Shown in pieces: positions 21,294 to 37,482 of a stretch of 64,000 nucleotides of DNA. Location: the NCBI RefSeq assembly GCF_009914755.1, contig NC_060944.1; one strand, given 5' to 3'. The position numbers and the translations under genes are program-made. The DNA is from the human T2T-CHM13v2.0 reference genome, Homo sapiens. The notes below the pieces were generated by a model. That model was not told where the DNA came from. It did not search any database and worked only from the letters and a program-made list of their open reading frames with translations. Position 1 is the stretch's first letter, and each line of letters starts with the position of its first letter.

Positions 21294-21823
21294 TTATTTG
21301 TGTCATTAGACTGGGTTCAAGTCCAGCTTCGGCTACGCACAAGCTGTGTAGCCTCAATCCCTCTGGACCTGATGTCCTTTGCTGCAAAATGCAGGTCATT
21401 AGGATGCAATGTGCAGAAATTGCCTGGAGCACAGGAGGTGCTGTGTATGTAAATGAAGTTTCCCTCTCGGGTTCATCAAAGTGAACCAAGGTCAGTACTC
21501 AGCTGTCTTAATAAAGCTTGTAGTACCCAACTGGCCCAGGCTTAGGCTATCTGTGGGACCAGGAAGGCCACAGTTTTCCATTAACACCACAATCTGAAAA
21601 GAGTGCCCTGGGCAGATTAGAGCCCTAGACCAGGTGGCAAAGCCACGGGTTTGATCCCTGGTCACATGTATGAGAACTGGCTTGTTCAACATCTGATCAT
21701 TCTTCTGGGGTGGTTTTCTGAACTAAACTAAAAACCGGCTGGGCCCAGTGGCTCACACCTGTAACCACATTACTTTAGGAGGCCAAGATGGGAGGATCAC
21801 TTAAGGCCAGGAGTTCTAGATCA

Positions 21824-22051
<228 letters not shown>

Positions 22052-22275
22052 CTATTCAGCCAGGCGTCTGATATATTCAAGGTTCCACCCATCAGCTGCA
22101 TTTGGTACGGATTAAGTGGGGAGAAAAGTGACTGCACGTGGCGGTGTGGACCAGCCTAGGGCCAGCGTGGTTGTGGCCTCGGTGCATCTGTTTCTTTGCA
22201 GCCCAGTCCTGCACGGTGGCTTCGGTGGCTTCCTGGAAGCTCAGACCTCATGGCTTTCTTCAGCCCTCCATGTGA

Positions 22276-22677
<402 letters not shown>

Positions 22678-23299
22678 TGAGTTTGGGAGCAGTCATGCAC
22701 AGATGATGGGTATTAGATCTTACATAATTGTGGGAGGAGCTGGGGAAGCAGGGGTCTGAGGAGAGATCTGGAGTCACCAAGAAGGTGATCTGAGAAGCTG
22801 TGGGGCAAGTTCAGAGGACTCAATGGGGATCTGTGGCCTCTGCAGTCCAGCGGCTGGTGACAGGCCAGGTGCTGACATGCAGGAGTCAGGAAGATGACCT
22901 GGACGCAGAGTGGAGGAGAGCAAGGGCAAGCTGGAGCCTGCTGGCGCCACTGCAGTTGTCTGTCCCACATCTAACTACAGCGACCTTGCAACAGTAGAGG
23001 CTGTGGCTTCCTTACAGCCTTGGAAATCTCACACAGCTCCTCTTTTGGTCAACTCTAACTGGGAACCACTCGAGAGCCAGGATTCTGGGAAATGTGGTTC
23101 CAGCCTAGCCAGGTTGGCACGGAACTGACCAGTACACTTACTAATGCCTTGTGCTTAAACTGGTTGGGTGAATTCTGCTCTCTACAACTGACCAGGCTGA
23201 CAGAGACCTTGGACAGTTCTGCAGTGGGTACTGTCATCGTTTTGTCCACACAAGACCTTTTGTTTGAACACTTTCCCAACTTATGAGTCTGCACCAGAA

Positions 23300-24467
<1,168 letters not shown>

Positions 24468-26780
24468 CCCCTCCCAATTCATGTATCCCCCAAGTGTCCG
24501 TTTCCCGAGCTGCACAGAGTGGAATAACCACCCCAGGGCAGCTAAGAGAAGCCTGGGGAGTCATTTTGTAAACTCACCACGGTGTCACACACACACACAG
24601 GGCTAGTTGTGACTGGGGCAGTGTTGCCTGATGATTCACTGAACTGGCTTGGGAAGTAAGCAGACTGGTTTGAGTCCCGGCTCTGCAGTGACCTTTTGTG
24701 TGATCTTGAGCAAGTCACTTTTTTCTCTCTGAACCTCAGCTGCCTCACTGGGAGAATGGGCCTGTTACGAGGGCCTGCTCCATGTAGGGAGTTATTACAA
24801 AACCCGAAGGATTACAGCATGGAAAGCCTCAGCACAGAGCCCCACGTGGGGCAGGCCCACATCAGCGACACTTGGAGGAATATAGGTGACCTTTGCTTCT
24901 CTAGACTAAAGAAAATAAATAAGAATATAGATGGGGTCCTGATGTACCCTGATATGAAGGTGGCAGCTAAATGCTGACCTTTGGAAAACTCAACTCTGAT
25001 TATCGCCACTCGACTGTATAGTTTAAAATGGACGGTCGGCCGGGCGCGGTGACTCATGCCTGTAATACTAACACTTTGGGAGGCCAAGGCAGGTGGATCG
25101 TTGAGGTCAGGAGTTTGAGACCAGCCAGGCCAACATGGTGAAACCCCGTCTCTACAAAAAATACAAAAATTAGCCAGAAATTGCTTGAACCCGGGAGGCG
25201 GAAGTTGCAGTGAGCCAAAATCGTGCCACTGCACTCCAGCCTGGGCAACAGAGTGAGACTCTGTCTCAAAATAAAATAAAATAATAAAATAGACAGGCAC
25301 ACTGGCTCACACTTATAATCCCAGCACTTTAGGAGGCCAAGGCGGGTGAGTCGCTTGAGCTCACGAGTTCAAGACCAGCCTGGGCAACATTGTGAAACCC
25401 CGTCTCTGCAAAAAAATTTAAAAATTAGTTGGGCATGGTGGCGTGTGCCTGTAGTCCCAGCTGCTCAGGAGGCTGAGGCGGGAGGATGGGGTGAGCCTGG
25501 GAGGCGGAAGTTGCTGTGAGCAGAGACGTCCCTATAGCACTCAAGCCTGGGCGACAGAGCAAGACCTTGTCTCAAAAAATAAATAAATAAAATAATTGGG
25601 CTCAGTCCCCTCGGAAAGAAACCCCCTTCAGGTTCTACTGAACGGTGAGCCCCTCAGAGAGGGCTCCCAATCACATCATCTCCCTACCCGCCTAGCTTTA
25701 TTTACCTTCAGCGCATCTAGCCCGCCTGGGATTATATTACATGCATACAGGTATCAAATTGCTTCCCAGTGAGAGTGTCAGATCAATAAGGACAGAGACC
25801 GAACCTGTTTTGTTCACTACTGTGTCACTACTGAGGACTTGACTCATACAGAGAGCTCAGTGAACAGCTGTCTCCGGAATGAAGGGTTTTGGCCCACGTG
25901 CTCGCTGTCCCCAGTGGGCCAGATCTCTCCACAGGCTGCAGTTTTGCCTATGGCCACCAGATAGCGAGCTTGCTGGACTGCATGAAAAGGTCTGAGCCAG
26001 TTCCTGCCCCGGTCATTGCCAAAGGAAACCAGCAAGGAACTGGCAGCTTCTGCCAGGTTCACCAGACCTCACTGCATCTCCCTCTTCTTCTCCTCATTCT
26101 GAAAACACTCAACCCAGACTGGAACCTTCAAGCCCCTCCCCTCCTACCTGGCCTCTCACTGACCCACTGGTGTGGCCTGAGAAGTAAGCAGATTAGAGAG
26201 TGTTCTAATTAGGTGGAGTGGATTCTGTTATTTGCAACTAAAAACCTGACCCCTCCAAATGCATGTAACCCCTGAGTCTCAGTTTTCCAAGCTGCACAAA
26301 GAGTGGAATAACCACCCCACTGGGCAGCTAAGAGGAGCCTGGGGAGTCATTTTATAATGGTGCTCACTGCAGGGCCGTTTGCCGTGGCCAGAGTTTGGGG
26401 ACAATCTCAATGTCCACCAGCTGGGGGCTGGCCACATGCATTATCCCGTGTCCACATAGCAGATATCACACCCCCTAAAAATGGATGGAGGTGCTCTTGA
26501 ACTGCACTGATATGGATCAATACTCAAGGCTTCAGATTAAGTTTAAAAAAAAAAAACGGGGCAAGGGGACAGGGCAGAAGAGTGTGTATCAAATGCTATC
26601 ATTTATGTAGAAAAAGGGGGCCGGGAGCAGTGGCTCATGCCTGTAATCCCAGCACTTTAGGACACCGAGGCGGGCAGATCACCTGAGGTCAGGAGTTCAA
26701 GACCAGCCTGGTCAACATGGTGAAACCCTGTCTCTACTAAAAATACAAAACTCAGCTGGGCATTGTGGCGGGTGCCCTTA

Positions 26781-26969
<189 letters not shown>

Positions 26970-27710
26970 CTATGTGGGAAGGGGGATTGGAGGGGACCGA
27001 GGTAGCAGGGAGGGAGAGGCTTTATACTATGGGCCCTTTCGTATCTTCAGATTTGAGTCATGTGGGCTGTTTTACCTGGTCAGATGAATGGTAAAACTAA
27101 AAGCAACCATTTCTCTATCCTCGAGTAAGCAAGCCACTTCCCTAGATGTCTTTGCTTCTAAGGGAGGTTGCGGCAGAGGCTGGATGGGGGTGCAGTGGGA
27201 CACCTCAAGGTGGCCTCTGCATTTGAATGCTGCGCTGCTGGCTACTCGCTACTTAGGAGCCCAGCTGCTGGCTGCTCGCTACTTAGGAGTGGCATGACCT
27301 TCATTGTGTCCAAGCCCTGGGGACACAGCAGGGAACAGAGAAAGCACCTCCCTCACCCAGCTCACATTCAACTGGGACACACAGGAGAAGTAATAAAACC
27401 CCACACCCTTTGCTCAGAGATATGAAGAAAATATTGAGGGCATGATGGGCCCGTGGGCAGGTGGCTATTTCAGGAGTGACATCTGAAGAATCAGGTACCA
27501 GCCACAGAAGAGGGTATCAGGTCAAAGGAGCAGAGAGTGCAGTTGAGACTAGAAAGGCAGGAGCTGAAAGAAGACAATGGATGACCCCTCGTAGCCATGG
27601 CCCCTCCTTTCTCTGGTCTTCAGGATGAAATGAGACAACAGAGGAAAGGTGCACACACATGCCCAGGAACGGGAAGCTAACATTCTTCTCACTTAAAAAA
27701 ATGACTTGGA

Positions 27711-28775
<1,065 letters not shown>

Positions 28776-29309
28776 TCAGTGCCTGGACAGTGCCTGACGC
28801 GATGTGTGTTTGCTGATTGGCAGGAATGAACTTATGCCCACGCGGGCCAACCTCCCCTGCCGGCCATGTCATGTCTTGGCCCTTGGCACAGGAAGGGGTT
28901 TGTGGAGATCTTTTCTGGGGAGTTACTGGATTGCAGAGAAGGAACACTGCTGCCCAGGAAACCAAACCTCAGCCTTTCAAGCCGGCTTCATTCTACTCAT
29001 ACCCTGTGCACCTCCAGCCAGGCCCAGAGCCATGGACCAGGGCACCTGCGAGGGGCTGGGATCCTTGCTGCCCACGCGAGGCCTGTTAGCTCGGCCTCCC
29101 TACGGGCTTCAAGAAGACAACTCCGTCCTCTCCCAACTGTTTGACGAGGACTGGCGTGGGGGGCACCCACTAGGGCCCATTCTCTCCAGTGTGCCCACCA
29201 CCTGGCTGTGGGGGGTGTTCATGACCTCTCACGGCCCCTTCTGTGTTTGGTCGTGCAAACCTGACACAGCCATCCCGACCAAATGGAAAACTGCAAATTC
29301 GAGGACGAC

Positions 29310-30860
29310 CACGGCATTTTTCCAAAACAGTTTAATTAAAAAAAGGTAAAGAAATCTGAAAAAACTGGGGGGGTGGGGGAAGGAACGGGCAAACCCAAAA
29401 AAGCATATAGTGTGAGTCTACTGGCTCAGTCACAAAGAAACACCACCATCAAAAAGATATTTAAGTTTAATACAAATTTTATACAAAGAAAATGTGAAAA
29501 AATACTTCCATATGCTAAAAGCAATTATGCTTCACAAATAAGGCCAGCTAGGCTATTTTTTTTTTTTGACAACTGCAATTCACAAATGTTCTTTCTCTCC
29601 TGTTTTCTTCTAATACTCTCTTATTTCTTCTCTAATATGGGTAACTAGCTGGAAACTGTACAGTTCGCATCCTCTTAACAATGAAGAGAAAGTAAACAAG
29701 ACTAAAATGTACAACAAAACGTACTGGAATGATATCGTACAATTAATTTTCTCATATACATACATCACCTTTTGCTTTTTCATCAATGCTTTTTGTTTTA
29801 CACAACATACAAAATGGCTCTACAGCATACGTAGTGTACGGACAGCATGACGGGCCTTGCTTTCTCTCATACTGCCTGTGTTTCATGCTTACATAAAAAC
29901 GTGAAATTCCATCATATAAATAATACGTACATGCTTCATCCCAGACTCAAACGTCCTCTGCGTGCACCTTGCCTTTGAGTCCTTGCTTCCAAGAAGCACA
30001 GCATCTCTGACCAAGTGTGTGTGAGTGTGTTTAAAGGAACCACAAAGCAAAGATAAGGTTTCTCTTTTTTTCAGAGTTCATGATCCTAAGACTTTCTGTG
30101 TTCTCTCCTGTGACTGAGCTGAGTGGGGCTTGTTTGTTTCTCTTCTGTAAACAAGGATATTGTTTTTTCCCTTTTAGGAGTAGAGTCATCATTTCAATCA
30201 CATGAAAGAAACTAGCTTCTCCCTGTGTCCGTCTGGTCCGGAGAGCTTGCGTTTTAGGAACGTGGTAACGTAGTAGCTGAAAGGAGCCAACGGCTTGATG
30301 GGATAGTCTGTGCCGAAACTCCCGATCCCAACATGCTGCGTACAGACACACGAGCGAAAACGGTTCGCCCTCCCCTGGGTATCCAAGGATGAGGACGTGA
30401 GTATGAAAGTGGTCCCCGGGCCCAGTATCCATTCCGTCGTGTGACAGACAGGCTAACTGACCATCCCTTCTCCAATACCAAAACATTCTTTTTTGTTGTT
30501 GGGGTTGGTTGCTTTTTTTTTTTTTTTTAAATCGTTTTTCTTTTTCTTTTTTTTTTTTTAATAAGTTAAAGTTAATACAAATATAAAAAGGGGAAAGTCC
30601 TCTAGATTCAATGACATCCACAAATTGTACATTATTTACACCAAAAGCACAGGGCTCGTGTGGGTGAACAGTCTGCAGTCAAAGCCGATGCTGGGTGTCC
30701 TGTAGTGTAGCAGCCCCCGCGCCGGGGGCTCAGGCTCAACTGAGGGTTTTGTCATTTTCAAGTCTGAAAGTGGCTGTTCTCCTGCCTTTGTTGTTTCTTC
30801 TTTTCCTGGCGTCTGGGTTTTTCTCCCAATGGGGTGGGTGGTTTGTGTCCCGATTCACTG
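29310..30860 (-). other. ZMYND8: ZMYND8 3'UTR (~1.55 kb, end approximate)
   Basis: Repeat-free, U/A-rich sequence downstream of the TAG at 30861-30863. Confidence 0.8.
29331..29336 (-). terminator. ZMYND8: ZMYND8 distal poly(A) signal ATTAAA (second candidate at 29466-29471)
   Basis: tttaat on + strand at the end of a U-rich UTR; GT-rich sequence follows on the minus strand. Confidence 0.7.
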
Positions 30861-30997
30861 CTAGTCCCAGAAGGTGTCCAGCCGAGACTCTTTCGGGAGG
30901 AGGCTCTTCGTGCTGGTACTGGTGTTGTGATCGGAACGTGTCGATCCCCTCTTCTCATCACTGCTGCTCCAACTGGATTTATTACTCCGGGAATGGT
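30861..30997 (-). CDS. ZMYND8: ZMYND8 terminal coding exon: (D/Y)HSRSNKSSWSSSDEKRGSTRSDHNTSTSTKSLLPKESRLDTFWD*
   Basis: AG acceptor (ct at 30998-30999), 2 nt + 45 codons ending TAG; recognised C-terminus RLDTFWD. Confidence 0.93.
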
Positions 30998-32741
30998 CTG
31001 AGGGGGAAAACCAATGTGTTTAGCGTGCCTGCCCACCTGCGCCTGAGCACAACTATCCTGCAATCTGACCTGCCCCTCCTGCACAGGAAACCACCTTCCC
31101 CTCCCAATTGATGGTTCAAACACTGCCACCGCTGACTGCCCTGCATCTGTGGGTCTGTAGAACAGAAAGGTAGAACAACTTATTTTTTAGGATTTAACGA
31201 CAACCGGTTGAAAAAACGGTAGGGTGTCATGCTCACAGAGAATAAAGATTTGTAGAAAAGGTGCTGAACTGCCAAGGAAGGCATTTCTTGTGCCGTGTCT
31301 GGAACCGTGTATCCTTACTACATCACTGAACGACACCAAGCACCCCATGCACTTCTGGGTCCAACCTTGGCCCCTGGAGAAAGACACTGAAATTTGGCAT
31401 GCAGTCTACTTCCGTTAGTGGGATTTCTTTTATCAATGTATAGGCAACTTGAAAAATGGCCTTACAACCAAATCACACTTGTCCACCCAAGGGAAAGGAT
31501 CATAAAGGAGAAGAATGGTTAAGTCCACCTGGGAACACACACCCACTGACTCCCGGTAAGGACAAGCTTATGGGTGACTGAAGAATTCAGAATCAGAATA
31601 AGACCTAGGATGGCTTCAAGGACACATGGACAAGGAGCTGAGTAGTGACTGAGTAAGAAATAAGTGAAGAAGCTGAAGGAAGAGCCGAATGAGGTGTCTG
31701 TGAAGAGCACTTTAGCCAACAGCCCAGCCCAGATCTGCAGCTCTGCTAGATGGCTGACTGGAGAAACCTTCCAGCCAAGCCCTAAGATCCCATCACATCC
31801 TGGATCATGTACTAAGTTCAGACAGACTGGGACAGAATTATTTTTTAATTTCTTAAGGTGGGTGATAATGTTTGGTTGAAAGAGGTTGAGGGCAAGAGTG
31901 GAGTGGGCCAAGGAGGGGACCATGCTACTACCTAGGGGGGCTGCATTTCTTACTGCCTGGTAAAAAGGCATGTGTGGGTAATCATGAGTTCTGGAAGATA
32001 AGCAGTGAAGAGAATGACAAAGATCTCCAAAGTCATGTAGTTACTCAGGAGAGAACTCTTCTTAGTCATGTGCATCAGTGACCAAAAGGGAGCAATACTA
32101 TGGTAGGCAGAGCTGGGGGCAAGGGCGGAGTCTTCTTAACAATCCTCAATCTGCCTTCTTATGCCTTCTTCCCTTAGCCGCCATGCCTATGCTTTTATTT
32201 CTCCGGAAGGACTCTGGGGAGTGATGCAGCTGGTCATCCCCATCTGGGAGAAAATCCTACAGTGATGTGGTCAAACCACATCAAGTCCTTCCAGCTCTGG
32301 TGAGGGCAGAGACCACCAGCGGGTACTGGAAGAAATGGGACCAGGGCCAAGCTGAGTTCAGTATCTCTCTCCCAGAACCAGGCTGGCCAATGGAGGGATC
32401 TGCAGGCCCTCACTCCTCATATGGAGAGGACACGGGACACTGGCTGCCATAGCCAATCACCACAGGAGGGAATCGGTGTTCATCTAGGACCCTTTATGAA
32501 AAGAGCGAGGACGATCTCCATCAAGAAGCCAGGCCACATGCTCGCTCTCATTTCCTAATGCAGTTTGTGATGGCGACCAGAGGCACAGCGAAGAAGAAAC
32601 GTTGCAAAGGAAGACCCACAACTCAAAAGAACAGGAGAAGACACACCCACAAAGGAACACATACACGGACACACACAGAACAAGCCTTCTGCATACCAGG
32701 AAGAAGCCCCGGCAGCTTTCGTAAGACAGGTTCATACTTAC

Positions 32742-32825
32742 ACTTCTGGGCGGGGTAGTTGGGGTGCGGCTGGTGGTCTGTGGTGGTTGGGGCATAGGCA
32801 GGTTGCTTGTCACACCTTTTGCTAA
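32742..32825 (-). CDS. ZMYND8: ZMYND8 84-nt symmetric cassette exon: (V)SKRCDKQPAYAPTTTDHQPHPNYPAQK(Y)
   Basis: ctcttcAG acceptor, GTAAGT donor, phase 1-1, length divisible by 3. Confidence 0.85.
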
Positions 32826-34760
32826 CTGAAGAGATAGCACAGGTAGCCTCAGAGTCTGTCAGAGAGCTGGAATTCCGCACAACCCCAAGTGCTTACTATT
32901 TTTGTTCATCAACAGGCTACTGTTATTAGAACCAGTTGGCACCTTCATTCATGTCACCATTGTCCAACTTTAATGCAAGCACAGGAGACTAAGTCTCTTT
33001 AAAAATGCATATCAAACCACAAACAGCATCACTGGACACAGCACAGCATTACAGGTAGGAAATAAGGTATACAATGACATAAAAGCAACTCAGCATTTTG
33101 TAAGCCACAAATTTTCAACCACTAGCTCTGCCAATAGCCTAATTCAACCATGGGAAACGGAGGCAGGCACTAGAAACGTGCTAAGGTTGAAGGCAGCACC
33201 CGAGAAAGCCAGACAATTTAAGGCAATAACTCATCAACTGCCCACAGTGATAACAGAATAGGGAGGAGAGGATGGAGAAGGCACACGTGATGAGGAGGAC
33301 TAAGGAAGGGGCTCCAGATGAGGTGGCAAGTAAGCTAAATTCTCAGCTACGATGGTAGCACACCAACAAATCACCTCTGAAATCAGAGTCAAAAAACAGT
33401 GATATGAAAGGAGTCTCCGTAAACAGCTGATACCGTGAGAAGCTTCATAGGAAAACAATTGAAAGTAAGATCAAGAGAAAAAATAGAAACTCCAGGAAAA
33501 AGGCTATAAAAGAATGGAATATAATCACAGTACACTATGTGACTCTGCCATGAATGATATGGTCATAATCATACAAGAAAGAATTGTCACACTGCAACTT
33601 TTTAGACTAAGCCAACAGACAAGAGTGAGGCTTAACTGCAGTTATAGGACAGAATGCACATGTTCTCAACCTTGACAACGGGGAAAGTCACAGGACAGGT
33701 GGGAAGCCTGGCTATGACAGGGGTGGGAGAGGTAAGGAGAAGATGGACTGCCAAAAGAGGGGTCAAGAGATACTGTCTGTAGCAGACAGAACAAAAGAGC
33801 TAAGGAGGCAAGTGTTTCACTGGAGCAAGGTAGCACATAAAATAGCAACCTCAGTAGTGTGGGAAGAGGAAGAGAAGAGTAACTCTCATCTTTTAAAGCT
33901 CGAAGTCAACAAATAATATCTAATGATGAAGTCAAGAAATAGAGGTATAGCCAAGTACATTATTTATTAGTAAGGAGGTAACAGAAGGACCAGAATGAGC
34001 CGTGTAAACTGGAACTAGGAAGAGTTTTCCCCTGCACTATTTTATTCTCTGCAACTCTATGCATATAGCTCTAACTAAAAGCTTAAAACGAAAAGATGAA
34101 CAGGAGAGGCCCACACACTAAGGGAGCTCATACCCCTAACTAAAATTCTCTCTCTTCCAACTAAACTTAGATGTACTGTCCTAGTACCTGATGCACATAA
34201 ATAGCTCAGAAGCCTTGACGTTTTTAAAACCCATGTTCCTTCTAGATATGTCACGTGCGCTGTCACCAGAAAGCAAGTGCTGGCAGAAGTAAAGTGACAT
34301 GGATGAGGAATTAATTAGAAGGGGATCAAAACTGAGGAAGTCTTTTTGCTTTGACGTGACCTGTCAACACAAACTGCTTTGGTGAGAAAATCGGGAAGAC
34401 TGAGAAGACTGACGGCTGCATTCCCGCACAGACCTCTGCGGCCTCCCTGCAGCTTCTCACTCACACTCTCAGAATCACTGCGGCACTGACTGCAAAACGC
34501 ACTTTTTCTGCCACTTTCTGACCATGGGCTCCATGGCACTCTCACTGTGCTGATGTGACTCTGCCCAGCCTCTTTCCAAGTCCTAAATGTCGGACTAAAT
34601 CTCTTGTTTTTGAGACACAGTCTCACTCTGTCGCCCAGACTGGAATGCAGTGGCACGGTCTCAACTCACTGTAACCTCCGCCTCCTGGGTTCAAGTAATT
34701 CTCATGCCTCAGGCCCCTGAGTAGCTGGGATTACAGGGGTGTGTCACCACGCCTAGCTAA

Positions 34761-34889
<129 letters not shown>

Positions 34890-35366
34890 TGACCTAAATG
34901 CGGGGCTAAATCTCTTTTAGTGTAGCCCCGGGTGCACCTCAATCTTTATCCAAACCCTGGAGAGGAGGCCCTTTCTGACATGAAGATACCATGATTCTAG
35001 CCAATCTGGTCGTCTTTTAAGAAAAAAGTCTCTGCTGCTGACCACGGTGGCACATGCCTATGATCCCAGCTACTCAAGAGGCTGAAGTGGGAGAATGGCT
35101 TGAGCTCAGGCCAAGTTCAAGGCCAGCCTCGGCAACAAGGCAAGATCCTGTCTCTTAGGTTTCAAAACAACATTTAGAATTAAAAATGTCGGCCAGGCAT
35201 GGTGGCTCACGCCTGTAATCCAAGCAGTCTGGGAGGCCGAGGCAGGTGGATTGCCTGAGCTCAGGAGTTCGAGACCAACCTGGGCAACACGGTGAAACCC
35301 CATCTCTAATAAAATACAAAAAATTAGCTGGGCGTGGTGGTGTATTCCTGTAATCTCAGCTGCTCA

Positions 35367-35477
<111 letters not shown>

Positions 35478-36746
35478 CTAATAATAATAATAATAAATGT
35501 CCATGACTGTTAATGGCTTAGGGGGATGGTGGAGTATCAGAATAGAAACTGTATCATAGCAGCAGCGGAGTGTGTAAAGAAAGGGAAATGGAGACAAATG
35601 AAACAACTTTTTTTTTTTTTTTTAAATATGAGGTCTCACTCTGTTGCCCAGCTGGAGTGCAGTGGCTATTCACAGGCACTCACTGCAGTCTCAAAACTCC
35701 TAGGCTCAAGTAACCCCCCTGACTCAGCCTCTCCAAGTAGCTGGGACTACAGGTGGGCCCTAGCTCTAGAATAACAACCCTTGAAGAGACATCTAACTAA
35801 CTGGGTTGAGGAAGGAGACAGGACAGGTCTTAAGCTATGCCATTCAATATGGTAACCACTACAATAAGATACAATGTTAAATTCCATTCCTCAGTCGCAC
35901 TAGCCACAGTTCAAGGCTTCAGCAGCGACACGTGGCTAGTGGCTACCATAGTGGACAGTGCAAATATAAGAACATGGCCATTGTCACAGAACGTTCTATT
36001 GGAGATGCAAGGTGTCAAGGAAGGCACTTGGAGATAGATGAGGATATTTAAGTGCCTAGGAAGAAAAGCAATACAGAGTGAGAAATCTGGCTACAACAAA
36101 GGATGCAGATGCCTTTGAACGGCAGGAGGGAAGGACAGAGCACACCACGGAGGCCCTGCAGAGGGCAGAGGAGCAGCCCTGAGCGCCCAGGGATGGTGAC
36201 GCAGGGAGAGATGCAGGGAGGTCCAAAACAGAGCAGAGAACTTGAGAAATAGCCATCATGGACGATGGAATCCTGATAAAAACAAAAAACTTGGGTCACA
36301 ACACAGGCCTCTGGCCAGGCACGGTGGCTCATGCCTGTAATCCAGCACTTTGGGAAGCCAAGGTGGGTGAATCACTTGAGGTCAGGAGTTCAAGACCAGC
36401 CTGGCCAACACAGTGAAACCTTGTCTCTATTAAAAATACAAAAAATTAGTTGGGCATGGTGATGCACACCTGTAATCCCAGCTACTCAGGAGGCTGAGGC
36501 AGGAGAATCACCTGAATTGAGGAGGCAAAGGTTGTAGTGAGCCAAGATCACGCAACTGCACTCCAGTCTGGACAACAGAGCGAAGACTCTGTCTCAAAAA
36601 AAAAAAAAAAAAAAAAAAGGGCCGGGCTGGGCGTAGTGGCTCAAGCTTGTAATCCCAGCACTTTGGGAGGCCAAGGCACGTGAAATCACCTGAGGTCAGG
36701 GGTTCAAGACCAGCCTGGCCAACATGGTGAAACCCCATCTCTACTA

Positions 36747-36905
<159 letters not shown>

Positions 36906-37482
36906 TCAAAAAAGTAGAATAAAAAAAGAACACAGGTCTCTGGGGACAAAAAGTATTAATAAAAGAAAAACATATTGGGAAGACGATCCGGCAGAAGAGA
37001 ATATCTGCTTCTGAGGTTAGTGACCCAGATTTGCGTGTGTGATGAGAGGAGTTTGTGTTCTTGTGTAACATTCTCCAGTTAAGCACTGAGGCTCAGGTGC
37101 AGGTAAATCAAAAGCGGAAAGCTGGGGTTCATCCAAGGTGAGGTTTTGCCAAATGGACATGCTAGGAAAACAGGAAGGGCCTGGGAGACTGGGTTGTATT
37201 AGCAACAGTACTCCATGGAAATTAAGCTGGGTAAGGAGGTAGGAAGGAGGGAGGTATAGAAACAAGACAGTTAGTAGAATTGGGTGAGGAAAAAAAGGCC
37301 ACATCTGCACGCTGACGTTTCCTAGAGATCAGTGCCTTATTAGCAGAGCCACGCACAAGTGCCATTACTCAGCCATTTTTGAGTTACAACAATTTTATAG
37401 GTGTCCACCTAAGTATACCTGACATATGGTTGCAAGCATGAGTCTGGATTGCAAAGCTCAATTGGTTGCATATGGTTGCAAA

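Noticed and set aside
28804-29349. 181-aa + strand ORF abutting the ZMYND8 3' end
   Set aside because: Non-ATG start, no homology or splice structure recognised; a lncRNA cannot be excluded without expression data
30031-30621. 196-aa ORF in the ZMYND8 3'UTR
   Set aside because: Poly-Lys comes from A-tracts; downstream of the real stop; no coding signature
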